DNA of 62,178 bases, filler included. It is 7 parts of 7 records of this genome, joined end to end, with 100 filler letters (N's around TTAATTAATTAA, not from the genome) between each part and the next. Parts side by side here need not be neighbours in the genome. Positions count along the whole stretch, not along the records: positions 25,655 to 35,897 come from SRR31156797_43171; positions 35,998 to 44,909 come from SRR31156797_43183; 5 more parts are not named here. One strand, 5' to 3'. The notes under the pieces were generated by a model. It did no database searches. It saw only the letters and a program-made list of their open reading frames with translations, and was not told the origin of the DNA. The position numbers and the translations under genes were made by a program. Shown piece by piece: positions 29,832 through 39,142 of this stretch. Positions within the stretch are counted from its first letter, which is position 1, and each line of letters starts with the position of its first letter.

Positions 29832-32800
29832 TTATTGAACAACCACTTTACGAATAATCGTTTGTTGTTTTCCGGTGAATTTAATAAAGAAAACACCTTT
29901 TGACTTATTGCTTAGGTCAACCTGGAAGCCGGTAGTATTGTTGCCGATTTCTTCCGAAAGGATAATCTGTCCTGACATATTCATCACTTCCATGGTGATG
30001 TTCTCATCCGTTACCGGAATGTCAATATTGAAAAGGCCATTACCCGGGTTGGGGTGGATGCTGATTTCGTTGAGTGCAGTTTCGTTGATTGAGGTTGCTG
30101 ATTCAGTCACCTTTAGTATCATCGACTGTCCATTTTCAGCAAAAATCCCGGCATTCGGAAGATCAAAGTCAAACCTTACGGTTGCTTCAACTTCAGTTTG
30201 ACCGGCTGAGCGATACACCCTAAAGCGCATTTGCTCTGCATCAAGCATACCCTCAGAGGCTTTGGTGGTAAGGTCATCACCATAAACCACAAGCAATTGA
30301 TTTTGCTGATTCCCGTCGTATTTTACAAATCCGGCACATTCATTATTTTCGTTAAACACACCCAGGAAATCACCTTTTTGCATGTTTTCGAAAGCAGAAT
30401 TCTGAACCGAAATGAGATGAACCGAACCAGATTTATTCACAGTCCACGGGGCATTTATGATTGGCGCCGGGATAATATTGGCCTGGGTTTCTCCGGCTTT
30501 GCCACAATCGTAGCTTGCCATGCCTTCTGCTGTCATCGTTACAAGATAACCTACACCAGGTTCAAGTGTGTTCAGTGTAAACAGTCCTCCTTCAGGCCAG
30601 TAAACCAACTGGTTGTAAATATCAAATGCATAAAGGAAATCTTCGCCCAACTGTGAGAAAATATCAATAGCTGCCACAGGTTCTGAACAAAGTACCGGAA
30701 CAAAGCTTGCGCCTGCCATTGCTGTGAAGCTCTTATCTTCAGGCATTTCACCAACGATTCCAAGACAGCCTTCCTCATTCATCTTGATTTTGTAGCCTTT
30801 CTTCACATCCCAACCTTCATCAAAGAGGTTGATGTTTTGTGAAGGCCAGTATATACCGTCCTGGTTCACAACGAACTCAACTTTACCTTCAGCCACCAGT
30901 CCTGCAAAGATGTCTTCCATGGCAGGGTTTGCCGGATCGTTGTATGAGGAAATAGCACTCCATCCCTCAGGAATACAAATCACCTGGCCGGCCAGTGGAT
31001 CATAAACTGTGATATTAAATAAAACTGTTGTCGATTCAACAGGTTCTCCATCATCAGTGGCAACAAACTCGATGGTATGTGTGCCAAGGTTATCATTTTG
31101 TGCGATGAGTTCTATTTCTACGCTGGCAACATTACCCGGTGTAACTACATAGCTAAAACCGGCGAGTCCGCCATCATTAACAACAACATCCGTTGTCTGG
31201 CCTTCTTCGGGTGATTCAAATTGAACGGTAAGGCTGTAAGTTTCGCCGTTTGCAACTTGTGGTGTAGCTCCCGGGAACCCGACAGGAACCGGAGGTATGT
31301 TGGACATACTGCCCGCTTCAATCAGGAAAGGATCATCTGCGGTTCCATATGTACAGCTAACGCCAAAGTTATCAGTGGCTTTAATGTAGTATTCGAGTCC
31401 CTGTTCGGTCATCGCTGATCCGGGGATTGTGCCTTCCCAGGAGTCGCCACCAACATTTCCCATTGCCATTACGGTATAGATTGGCGTTCCGCCGGGAACA
31501 CGATAGAATATTTCTACTGACGCAACACTCTCGGTGTCGTCAAATACTTCAGCTTCAAGTAAAATATCCACACCAGGTTCTGACAACATTACCGGCATGT
31601 GTGTAATTTCCGGAGGAACATTTTCGATGCCTACAGAATATGGGTTGTTAATCGGGTCGGTTGAGGGGCTGGTATTTGTTACCTGTCCGTCACTGGCTGA
31701 AATATAAAACTCGATGCCCGGATATTCGGTTTCTGTTGATGAGATGGTTGCTGACCAGTTGTCACCACCATCGTCCGACATAGCCACAGAAGTGAAAGCA
31801 CCTTCTCCAATTGTTCTCCAGAAAACGGTAGCACTCTGTACAAATGGTTCTTCAGGATCTGTGATCAGGGCTGTAATTTCAAGATCAACACCTGATTCGT
31901 TAGAAACACAAAACAGATCAACAACTGCTGATCCGAGTTCAATTTCGGGGCCACTACCCAGGTTGATGGTAATCAGGGATAATCCGCCCGGATAACCATA
32001 TGAATCATCAGCATTAAAACCATATACATACAGGCCCGATGTATATCCATTTGTGTTTGTCAGGTTGTAGGTACTGTTGATGTCAATTGGGAAAGCACCT
32101 GCTGAGAATGAAGTTGTTGAAACAGGCGCATAACTAGCCTGGTTGAGTGGCGAACCGTCCAGCGTCATACCTGAAATGCCATCATCTTCAACTGAGGAGG
32201 TGAAATAATTGGCAACAAACCCATCTGCAGGTGTTGCAAATGTATAACCATCCAAAAACTGCTGATATGGAGGTATGATCATCATGAATGGGTCCCCGGG
32301 GAATGCTCCGCCATCCCAGGTATTACCGTTAGAAAATTGGGTGGCAAGAATTGGGTTACTTGATTCGATATAAGAAGCAACGGCCAAATTTGTTTCGTAA
32401 TAATCAGCGAAGTTTAGTGTGGCTACAACAACACCATTAATGGTAACATCAGTGTTGTCCTGTGCGGCCAAAAACCTCCAGGTGTCACCATTGGATCTGC
32501 CTTCAAGCGGGCGGGTAACAAATGTTTCTCCCCATGATGAAACGGGTGGTATTTGTTGTACGATGTGATCACAATATCCAAAACCCGGGGGGATGTTCGT
32601 ACAGGTAGCTCCGCTGAAAACGGATATCGGTAATGATGATTCAATGATTGATCCCGTTAGATCTGTTCCGAACACAAGGTATGTTTCGCCCTGGTTAAGT
32701 GTTACATCAAAAGGTACTCCTGCGGGGTTACCTGCATTGGTTGACGATGAAGGTGTAATCGTTACCACATTATTATTATAAGGACTAACAATTCCAAATT

Positions 32801-33392
32801 CTGATGAACTCGAATAGGTAACGGTAAGATATTGGGTTCCGAGAATGCTGACCGGCAATCCTAAAAATGAGTCAGTTGTATACTGGATCTGATTTGTTCC
32901 GTAAACGCTCACAGGATCATCAGAAACAACACGAATACCTAATTGTTGTGGGGTTTGATTACCGCCAACAACTGCATTTGCCGGAAGATTGACACGGGTA
33001 ATGGTGTTGGCAGTAACAGAAAAGTTCTGCGAGAAACCAATTCCATCAAGTGTAACTGTACCAGTTGTGTTCACATCACTGGTAATATCCAGGAAGAGGT
33101 TGATATCGGAGTTGTTATAGTTCGTCATAAACATCAACCAAAAATCAGTACCCTGGTTACTTAAATCCTGACGTCCATTGTATTGCTCCATGTTTTTGAA
33201 GCTCTCAGGCATCCGTTGACCACTTACCTCAACATAAGGTTCGTAGGCATCCCGCATGGCCTGTAATTGTTCTTCGGTGTAAACCTGGCACCCATCGCAT
33301 TGATGCGTGGGAACCTGTTCCTGTGCAATTGTTTGCATGCTAAGTGGCAATAAAAAGATTGCCGCAATTAAAAAGCGTAATTGTTTAAACAT
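29832..33392 (-). CDS. T9SS-secreted protein with IgGFc-binding N-terminal domain and Ig-like repeats
   Basis: Signal peptide; GTDFWLMF, TDSFLGLP..LGTQY, CDHIVQQIPPVSSWG, GDPFM, SYGYPGG; C-terminal IHPNP...GVFFIK...KVVVQ sorting domain. Confidence 0.85.
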   Translation of the reverse strand: MFKQLRFLIAAIFLLPLSMQTIAQEQVPTHQCDGCQVYTEEQLQAMRDAYEPYVEVSGQRMPESFKNMEQYNGRQDLSNQGTDFWLMFMTNYNNSDINLFLDITSDVNTTGTVTLDGIGFSQNFSVTANTITRVNLPANAVVGGNQTPQQLGIRVVSDDPVSVYGTNQIQYTTDSFLGLPVSILGTQYLTVTYSSSSEFGIVSPYNNNVVTITPSSSTNAGNPAGVPFDVTLNQGETYLVFGTDLTGSIIESSLPISVFSGATCTNIPPGFGYCDHIVQQIPPVSSWGETFVTRPLEGRSNGDTWRFLAAQDNTDVTINGVVVATLNFADYYETNLAVASYIESSNPILATQFSNGNTWDGGAFPGDPFMMIIPPYQQFLDGYTFATPADGFVANYFTSSVEDDGISGMTLDGSPLNQASYAPVSTTSFSAGAFPIDINSTYNLTNTNGYTSGLYVYGFNADDSYGYPGGLSLITINLGSGPEIELGSAVVDLFCVSNESGVDLEITALITDPEEPFVQSATVFWRTIGEGAFTSVAMSDDGGDNWSATISSTETEYPGIEFYISASDGQVTNTSPSTDPINNPYSVGIENVPPEITHMPVMLSEPGVDILLEAEVFDDTESVASVEIFYRVPGGTPIYTVMAMGNVGGDSWEGTIPGSAMTEQGLEYYIKATDNFGVSCTYGTADDPFLIEAGSMSNIPPVPVGFPGATPQVANGETYSLTVQFESPEEGQTTDVVVNDGGLAGFSYVVTPGNVASVEIELIAQNDNLGTHTIEFVATDDGEPVESTTVLFNITVYDPLAGQVICIPEGWSAISSYNDPANPAMEDIFAGLVAEGKVEFVVNQDGIYWPSQNINLFDEGWDVKKGYKIKMNEEGCLGIVGEMPEDKSFTAMAGASFVPVLCSEPVAAIDIFSQLGEDFLYAFDIYNQLVYWPEGGLFTLNTLEPGVGYLVTMTAEGMASYDCGKAGETQANIIPAPIINAPWTVNKSGSVHLISVQNSAFENMQKGDFLGVFNENNECAGFVKYDGNQQNQLLVVYGDDLTTKASEGMLDAEQMRFRVYRSAGQTEVEATVRFDFDLPNAGIFAENGQSMILKVTESATSINETALNEISIHPNPGNGLFNIDIPVTDENITMEVMNMSGQIILSEEIGNNTTGFQVDLSNKSKGVFFIKFTGKQQTIIRKVVVQ

Positions 33393-33746
33393 AATAAATG
33401 TAAGATTTAGGTTTTAAATAATGTCTTTTTTGCTATTAAGAATCATTACAAATAAAAGAGGCATTTGTAAGGTCTCAATAGTTTTTTTTGATAAAATTTG
33501 TTAAGAAATTTCTTATACATTCTTATCTTTCTGGGATTAAGGAGTGTATGTATATCGACTGGGCTGCGTGGGATATACGATAAAATGTGAAGTTTATATG
33601 GATTTATAAATTGTTCATCTCGTTTTTTACAAAGTATGTTAAATTATAAGGCGAATTTTAATGGGTCTCACGTTTAAAATGAAGTAGGTGATCGGGAATT
33701 AATGCTGGCTATTCGATAATTAGTTGGTGAAAATGGTAATGAAAAG

Positions 33747-35018
33747 CTATTTTTCAGGTGGCCCAAAATCCGGATTGTTTAAAAACGAATCATCACGGAG
33801 GGTTTTGATGAAGGCCAAGAGATCAGCTTTTTCTGGTGGTGTAAGCTGAATTCCACCATTGGCAATATGATGCATTAACGGATCGATCTGCGGTGTGTTT
33901 ATTAAATCGTGCGAATAAAAATCAATTACTTCATCAAGTGTGGCGAACCGGCCATCGTGCATGTAAGGCCCGGTGAGTTCGATGTTGCGCAGGGTGGTGG
34001 CTTTGTACGCACCTTTGTCCATCGGGTCGTCAGTAATGGCATACCGATCCCGGGGATCAGTAAAAAGGGAATCTTTGCCGTTGTTGTAAAATTTGTTGGT
34101 CGTGAAAAGCGGGTTGCCGAATCCGCCGTGGCAGTGGAAGCAGTCGGCGCCTTCTTCGGTTGTAAACAGCACAAAGCCGCGCAGCTCTTCCGGCGAAAGC
34201 TGCACCTCGCCGCGCATGTATTTGTCAAATTTTGAATTGGATGAAATGAGTGTCCGTACATACTGGGCTATGGCTTTTGCAATCCGGTCAGCAGTTACTT
34301 CATCTGTTCCAAATGCTTTTCTGAAAAGCTCAGGGTAGCCTTCAATATTTTTAATGGTATTCTCAACTTTTTCGGGTGAAGAATCAAATTCTGATGGATC
34401 GGAAATTACCCCTAAAACATCTGCCTCGATGGAGGGCACGCTGCCGTTCCAGCCGTATTCGCCCATATTCCAAATCAGATTGATCATGGGTAGCATGGTG
34501 TGATGGGTTGGTTTTCCGGTAACGCCAACAGGGCGATTTACTCCGGCTTCAAAGCTGTTTTCCTGGCGGTGGCAGGTGCTGCAACTCATCAATGAATCGG
34601 GGTGGGTGCGGCCCGACAGCCGACCATCGTAAAACAGGGTGCGGCCAAGTTCAATACCTTCTACCGTCATGGGGTTATCTTTTGGGATGTTGAGTAGGGT
34701 GGGGAAGCCGTAAGGAATGTCAATTTCGTAGGGAGTTGGTGTGTAAGGTTCGGGTTGGGGCGTGGGTTCGTTTGTGGAACATGAGAAGAGGATGAGGAGC
34801 GCAGCGCATAGCGCAAGAGATGAAACAATCTTGGATATTCTAATAATTCCCGGATTTTTGAGTTTGGCACTATGCGCTATGCGCTCTGCGCTATGCAAAT
34901 ATTGGGTAGTGCGTAGCGCAAGAGATGAAACAATTGTGGATATTCTTACAACTCCCGAATTATTATGTTTGGCGCTATGCGCTAAGCGCCTGGCTCTATG
35001 CGGATTTTCATTCCTCAT
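33747..35018 (-). CDS. mbnH: Di-heme cytochrome c peroxidase/MauG family lipoprotein (MbnH-like)
   Basis: LGRTLFYDGRLS, CSTCH, CFHCH, TLRNIELTGPYMHDGRF; lipobox LFSC; ATG 35018 overlaps the mbnP stop (ATGA). Confidence 0.85.
   Translation of the reverse strand: MRNENPHRARRLAHSAKHNNSGVVRISTIVSSLALRTTQYLHSAERIAHSAKLKNPGIIRISKIVSSLALCAALLILFSCSTNEPTPQPEPYTPTPYEIDIPYGFPTLLNIPKDNPMTVEGIELGRTLFYDGRLSGRTHPDSLMSCSTCHRQENSFEAGVNRPVGVTGKPTHHTMLPMINLIWNMGEYGWNGSVPSIEADVLGVISDPSEFDSSPEKVENTIKNIEGYPELFRKAFGTDEVTADRIAKAIAQYVRTLISSNSKFDKYMRGEVQLSPEELRGFVLFTTEEGADCFHCHGGFGNPLFTTNKFYNNGKDSLFTDPRDRYAITDDPMDKGAYKATTLRNIELTGPYMHDGRFATLDEVIDFYSHDLINTPQIDPLMHHIANGGIQLTPPEKADLLAFIKTLRDDSFLNNPDFGPPEK
34804..35002. 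repeat. Imperfect tandem duplication, 105-bp period, with GCGCATA/TATGCGC heptamers
   Basis: TAGCGCAAGAGATGAAACAAT at 34809 and 34914; GCGCATAGCGC (34804) is inverted to GCGCTATGCGC (34874). Confidence 0.85.
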
Positions 35019-35836
35019 TTCTCCTGAATCTGATAAAAACCAAATACATCCTGCTTTCCGTTTTCGCAACCCAGATGCATGGCGGCCTGCTGCTGCATGA
35101 TGTCGCCACCCCAGTCGTCGTGGTTGTAGGTATTCGGGTTTTGAAACCAGTTTTCCACGTTCATGCGGATTTCAAAATCGAGGATGTCGCCTTCTGTAAC
35201 TGTAAATGATGAATTGGGCAGATTCACCTCGAAATTATTATGTATAAACCCGGTAATGGAGTCTACATGTATAACCCCTCCGGCATATGTCTGCCCTATG
35301 CCAAGGTGGAAATCGAAGGGTTTTATAACGCCGTCATCAGCCAGCCACTTGCCATTGAGTTTCATGTAATGGTAGCCGCCGCCCAGAAATTCCGGCCAGA
35401 ACATATCCCGCTCCGGCGGATTCAGGAACATTAGTGATTGGTTTTTTGCTTCGGATATACCAAAAGTAAAACTCACCTTATCAACTGTTCCGGTTTTGAT
35501 ATCATCAAAAACCTGCCAGGTGTGGGTTTCGGGCAGGTCGGTGTCCACATAATGAATGTCTTTCCAACCATCGAGCAGTTGAGTGGTCCCATCGTCATAA
35601 TGCAGGGTCACATGCGAAACAAAATACTGGATTTCGTTTACCAGGTAATGGTTGCCCGCGGCATTTACATATTGCATGGTGTCGAACTGCTGCGGAACCC
35701 CATCATTGTATTGCGTAAAATGGAAATTAATTTTAGCCGGTAAATAAGGTGCCGGATCATTTCCGCTGCAGGAAGTAAAAAGCAGCGCAACAATACCAAA
35801 AGCAATTAGTGTGTGTGATTTTAATTTATTCAACAT
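35015..35836 (-). CDS. mbnP: MbnP-family copper-binding lipoprotein
   Basis: Lipobox FTSC, YVNAAGN..YFVS, MFWP..GGGYHYMKLNG, FHLG; directly upstream of the MbnH-like gene. Confidence 0.75.
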   Translation of the reverse strand: MLNKLKSHTLIAFGIVALLFTSCSGNDPAPYLPAKINFHFTQYNDGVPQQFDTMQYVNAAGNHYLVNEIQYFVSHVTLHYDDGTTQLLDGWKDIHYVDTDLPETHTWQVFDDIKTGTVDKVSFTFGISEAKNQSLMFLNPPERDMFWPEFLGGGYHYMKLNGKWLADDGVIKPFDFHLGIGQTYAGGVIHVDSITGFIHNNFEVNLPNSSFTVTEGDILDFEIRMNVENWFQNPNTYNHDDWGGDIMQQQAAMHLGCENGKQDVFGFYQIQEK

Positions 35837-35897
35837 ATCATTTTAATTTTTCAGATTAACCATGTTGTGACGTTTCAATGTGCTTCGCACGATTGAA

Positions 35898-35997
35898 NNN
35901 NNNNNNNNNNNNNNNNNNNNNNNNNNNNNNNNNNNNNNNNNTTAATTAATTAANNNNNNNNNNNNNNNNNNNNNNNNNNNNNNNNNNNNNNNNNNNN
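35898..35997. other. Artificial contig spacer
   Basis: N-run with TTAATTAATTAA. Confidence 0.99.
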
Positions 35998-36322
35998 ACC
36001 GGTTTTTTTTTGCGTTGTCCTCAAACATGCCCAGGCCGGTCTCTTCCAGTTCCATGGCGGCATATTCTTCAGCGTTGACCAATCCCACATCCCGTATGGA
36101 CTGAATGATATTCTTGCGGATGGAGAGAGGAAGGGCCACGAGATCTCTCTGGGCCGTCTTTGCAGCCTCAACGGCACGGCCCATTTCTTGAAAGACGCCG
36201 TCATTGATATGGGGTTCCGATGATGGGACATCTTCTTCCGCAGCCATTTCCATCCCATTCTCGGACAGCCTTTTTACAACAGTTTCAACTATTTGACTTA
36301 TTGTCTTTTCGTCGAGACCCAT
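35998..36322 (-). CDS. BMC acylating aldehyde dehydrogenase (EutE/PduP-like), N-terminal part with encapsulation peptide (3' truncated)
   Basis: DEKTISQIVETVVKRL helix, linker, GVFQEMGRAVEAAKTAQ, RKNIIQSIR, EETGLG...KKN. Confidence 0.85.
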
Positions 36323-36324
36323 GT

Positions 36325-37275
36325 TTACTCTCTCTCCTTCTGTGGCCAAAGTGAAGTAACGTATGAACCGTTGAATTTATATTCCAATCTCTCATCAACG
36401 TTTTCTTCGGTAAAGAACTCATTGGTGGCTTTTACGCCTTCGTCAAACTTCCTGAGACACTCCATGGCTTTCGCATTATCAAGAAAAGTAACTTCATGAA
36501 CCAGGGCCCCTAAAAAAGCGATAATATGGGCAAAAGGATCTACAAAGGAAACAGACTCGATATCAATAATAATATACTGATCCGCAAGAGAGATGATGGG
36601 AGACCTGGGGTTGTCGCTGATGCAGAGGACCTCCATGTTGCACTTCCTGGCATATTCCACGGCTGCGATGGTTCTTCGGGGATATCTGGGGAAGGCGATG
36701 GCGACCATGAGGCTGGACTTTCCCTTTCCGGCCAGGGAACTCATGGAATCCATCAGTTCCCAGGACAGATTCGTGTCGATAATGACATTTTCCCGTATCC
36801 TCTTAAGAAGATACCCAAAATGGTACGCCGGCGTGGCAGAGGCCCTGTACCCCACCACATAAACTGTTTCGGCCTTGTATATGGTTGTGGCGATCTTTTT
36901 GAATTCCTTTTCAGAGACGGAATTCATGAGATTTTCAAGATTTCGTATGGCATTTTGACAATATCTTTGAACGGTCGTCCCTTTATCCTGTTGACGGCTT
37001 GCCTTTGTGAGCCTCTCCACGCTGGTCAACTCCGCATGAAACAGCCCTTTCATGTACTGGAGGAATTCCGCATATCCGGAAAATCCGAGATCGACCGCAA
37101 ACCGTATGATCGTCGGTTCGCTGACCTGGCATTCCTGGGCAATCTCTTTGCCCGTCATGAGAAATATCTTTTTGTAGTCCTTCATAATCAGCTCCGCCAC
37201 GCGTTTCTTTTTGGGAGACAACGTGGGATAAACACTGATGATTTTGTCAAAAAGATCTTTTCGAGCCGAATTCAT
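36325..37275 (-). CDS. RpiR/MurR-family regulator (HTH + SIS)
   Basis: LSPKKKRVAE, VSEPTIIRFAVDLGFSGY, VVGYRAS, IAFPRYP, ISDNPRSPI. Confidence 0.9.
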   Translation of the reverse strand: MNSARKDLFDKIISVYPTLSPKKKRVAELIMKDYKKIFLMTGKEIAQECQVSEPTIIRFAVDLGFSGYAEFLQYMKGLFHAELTSVERLTKASRQQDKGTTVQRYCQNAIRNLENLMNSVSEKEFKKIATTIYKAETVYVVGYRASATPAYHFGYLLKRIRENVIIDTNLSWELMDSMSSLAGKGKSSLMVAIAFPRYPRRTIAAVEYARKCNMEVLCISDNPRSPIISLADQYIIIDIESVSFVDPFAHIIAFLGALVHEVTFLDNAKAMECLRKFDEGVKATNEFFTEENVDERLEYKFNGSYVTSLWPQKERE

Positions 37276-37306
37276 GGGGTCCGCCTTTCCTGGTTCAACT
37301 GATGAA

Positions 37307-37924
37307 TCAGAGATCCCTTCCGTCAAGGGCCGCCAGAGATGCCTCGGCAGCTTCCCTTGCGGCTTTCACATCGGAAGATGTGCCGGAAAGATAGAGCCTG
37401 CCGCTGGCGCCGAATACGGTCACATGATTGAGGGTCATATTGGCCGCTTTCTCCGCTTCATTTGCCGCCAGTCCGGCATAACCGGCGGGCACGACTTCCA
37501 TGGTGTATAGCGTATCGTCCGATGAACACATGCTTGCATTGCGGAACCGGTTGACGATCTGAGACATGAAAGGGTCGGTCCGTTCGATGGTTTCAGAGGC
37601 TAATATCTTGGGTTTCATCCGATCCGAAGCCTTCATCTTCAGGTAATCCATCAGTACCTCGCCCGCTTCCAGGACATCGGCCGGCGAATCGGCATGAACC
37701 TCGAGCATACCGAAAGTCCTTTCCACAACCATGGCCCCCGGTCTCACATTGGCCTTTTTCATCACTGTATCCATGAGGGTATTAATCTCGATACCCGGGG
37801 CGATTTCGAGGAATAGCGCTGATTGTCCGGCAACCGGATAATACCCCATTGCGGTAGAGCCGATAAAGCCGACAAACTGTTCCTGTAAACGATCGATAAA
37901 AGAGAACGCTCTAAGGTCAATCAT
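37307..37924 (-). CDS. BMC shell trimer, BMC-T(dp) (CcmP/CsoS1D-like)
   Basis: LRAFSFIDRLQ, EIAPG, VERTFGMLEVH, PAGYAGLAANEAEK, GASGRL. Confidence 0.9.
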   Translation of the reverse strand: MIDLRAFSFIDRLQEQFVGFIGSTAMGYYPVAGQSALFLEIAPGIEINTLMDTVMKKANVRPGAMVVERTFGMLEVHADSPADVLEAGEVLMDYLKMKASDRMKPKILASETIERTDPFMSQIVNRFRNASMCSSDDTLYTMEVVPAGYAGLAANEAEKAANMTLNHVTVFGASGRLYLSGTSSDVKAAREAAEASLAALDGRDL

Positions 37925-37936
37925 GGGGGATTCCTT

Positions 37937-39124
37937 TCAGATGCTTTCCAGCCATCTCCTTTTGTATGGACAAACAGCGGTTTCCACTGTGCATGCGCAA
38001 TCCTTTTCAGCCCCGCGGCCGAACCGGCCGTAACAGAAATCGTTGAGAGGTATGGTGGTTTCACAGTCCATGATTACTTCAGAGATGAGACGGCCGATGA
38101 CCGGCGCAAGTCCGAAACCGTGCCCGCTGAATCCGGTGGCAAAAACGAAGCCCGGAACCTCCGGGGTGAGACCGATCACCGGGATTCCGTCGGACATCAT
38201 GGCGATAAGACCCGACCACATTCGGATCACATGGAGATCCTTCAGTGCGGGGAAAAAATCAAGAACGCTCCTGGATATGGCCGGCCCGATATTATTGAAG
38301 AGCGGTTTTCCATCTCGATAGAGGTATTCCTCGGTACCGATGAATCCGCCCCAGAAAAAGGATCCATGTACCGTTTGACGGCCGTAAAAGAGGCCCTTGG
38401 CGTGTCCGACCATCTGTTGGAACAGGGGGGGGTACGGTTCGGTGATGAGGGCTTCGGAGAAGACGGGTTTCATGGGTAGATCCAACCCCACCATGTTGGC
38501 AATTTTCCGGCCGGCGATGCCTGCCGCATTTACCGCCAGGTCGGTTTCAATCACCTGCTTGTCGGTGGTGACGGCAAAAACCCTCCCTTTCTGCAATTTT
38601 ATATCGATAACCGTCTCATGGGTACAGAACCTTGCACCAAGGGCCCTGGCCTTCCTGTAAAATGCGTAGGTCACTAAAAAAGGATTGGCATGTCCGTCTG
38701 TTGGACAGTAGCTGGCGCCGACAACCCTTTCGCCGATATAGGGGTTTATTTCCAGGATCTGACCACGGTCGAGCATCTCAAGGTCAAGGCCGATCCCTTT
38801 CTGGTCATCGACCGCCTTGCCCATGAGTGTCACTTCTTCTTCATTGGTGCAAAGCCGAAGGTTCCCCTCCCGGACATACTCCACATCCATTCCCAATTCT
38901 TCGCTGAGCCGGCCGTACATCCGGATGCTCTCCATGGCGAGAGGCATCTCTTTCAGGTTCCTTGCCGACTGGCGTACCCCGCCCCCATTGCTGCCCGATG
39001 CCTCACCTCCAATATCCGACTTTTCAATGACGACCGGTTTGAGACCCTCTCTGGCAAGGTTATAGGCGATGGCACATCCCATGACGCCACCGCCGATAAT
39101 GACAACATCTGCTGTGTTTGGCAT
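37937..39124 (-). CDS. FAD-dependent amine/D-amino-acid oxidoreductase (DAO family; sarcosine oxidase beta/OoxB/proline dehydrogenase-like)
   Basis: VVIIGGGVMG, ASGSNGGGVR, DGHANP, VNAAG, RMWSG, DGIPVIG, ATGFSGHGFGLAP. Confidence 0.92.
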   Translation of the reverse strand: MPNTADVVIIGGGVMGCAIAYNLAREGLKPVVIEKSDIGGEASGSNGGGVRQSARNLKEMPLAMESIRMYGRLSEELGMDVEYVREGNLRLCTNEEEVTLMGKAVDDQKGIGLDLEMLDRGQILEINPYIGERVVGASYCPTDGHANPFLVTYAFYRKARALGARFCTHETVIDIKLQKGRVFAVTTDKQVIETDLAVNAAGIAGRKIANMVGLDLPMKPVFSEALITEPYPPLFQQMVGHAKGLFYGRQTVHGSFFWGGFIGTEEYLYRDGKPLFNNIGPAISRSVLDFFPALKDLHVIRMWSGLIAMMSDGIPVIGLTPEVPGFVFATGFSGHGFGLAPVIGRLISEVIMDCETTIPLNDFCYGRFGRGAEKDCACTVETAVCPYKRRWLESI

Positions 39125-39142
39125 ACTATCTTCCTTATATTA

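Noticed and set aside
34804-35002. CRISPR array
   Set aside because: Only two units, the 'spacers' are similar to each other, and no cas genes are present.
7073-35836. Methanobactin-like system formed by DUF692 plus mbnP/mbnH
   Set aside because: Different contigs from apparently different phyla.
36526-37302. Long antisense ORFs (also 18095-18889, 19671-20300, 38690-39448, 40578-41201)
   Set aside because: Opposite well-supported genes, with no recognisable motifs.
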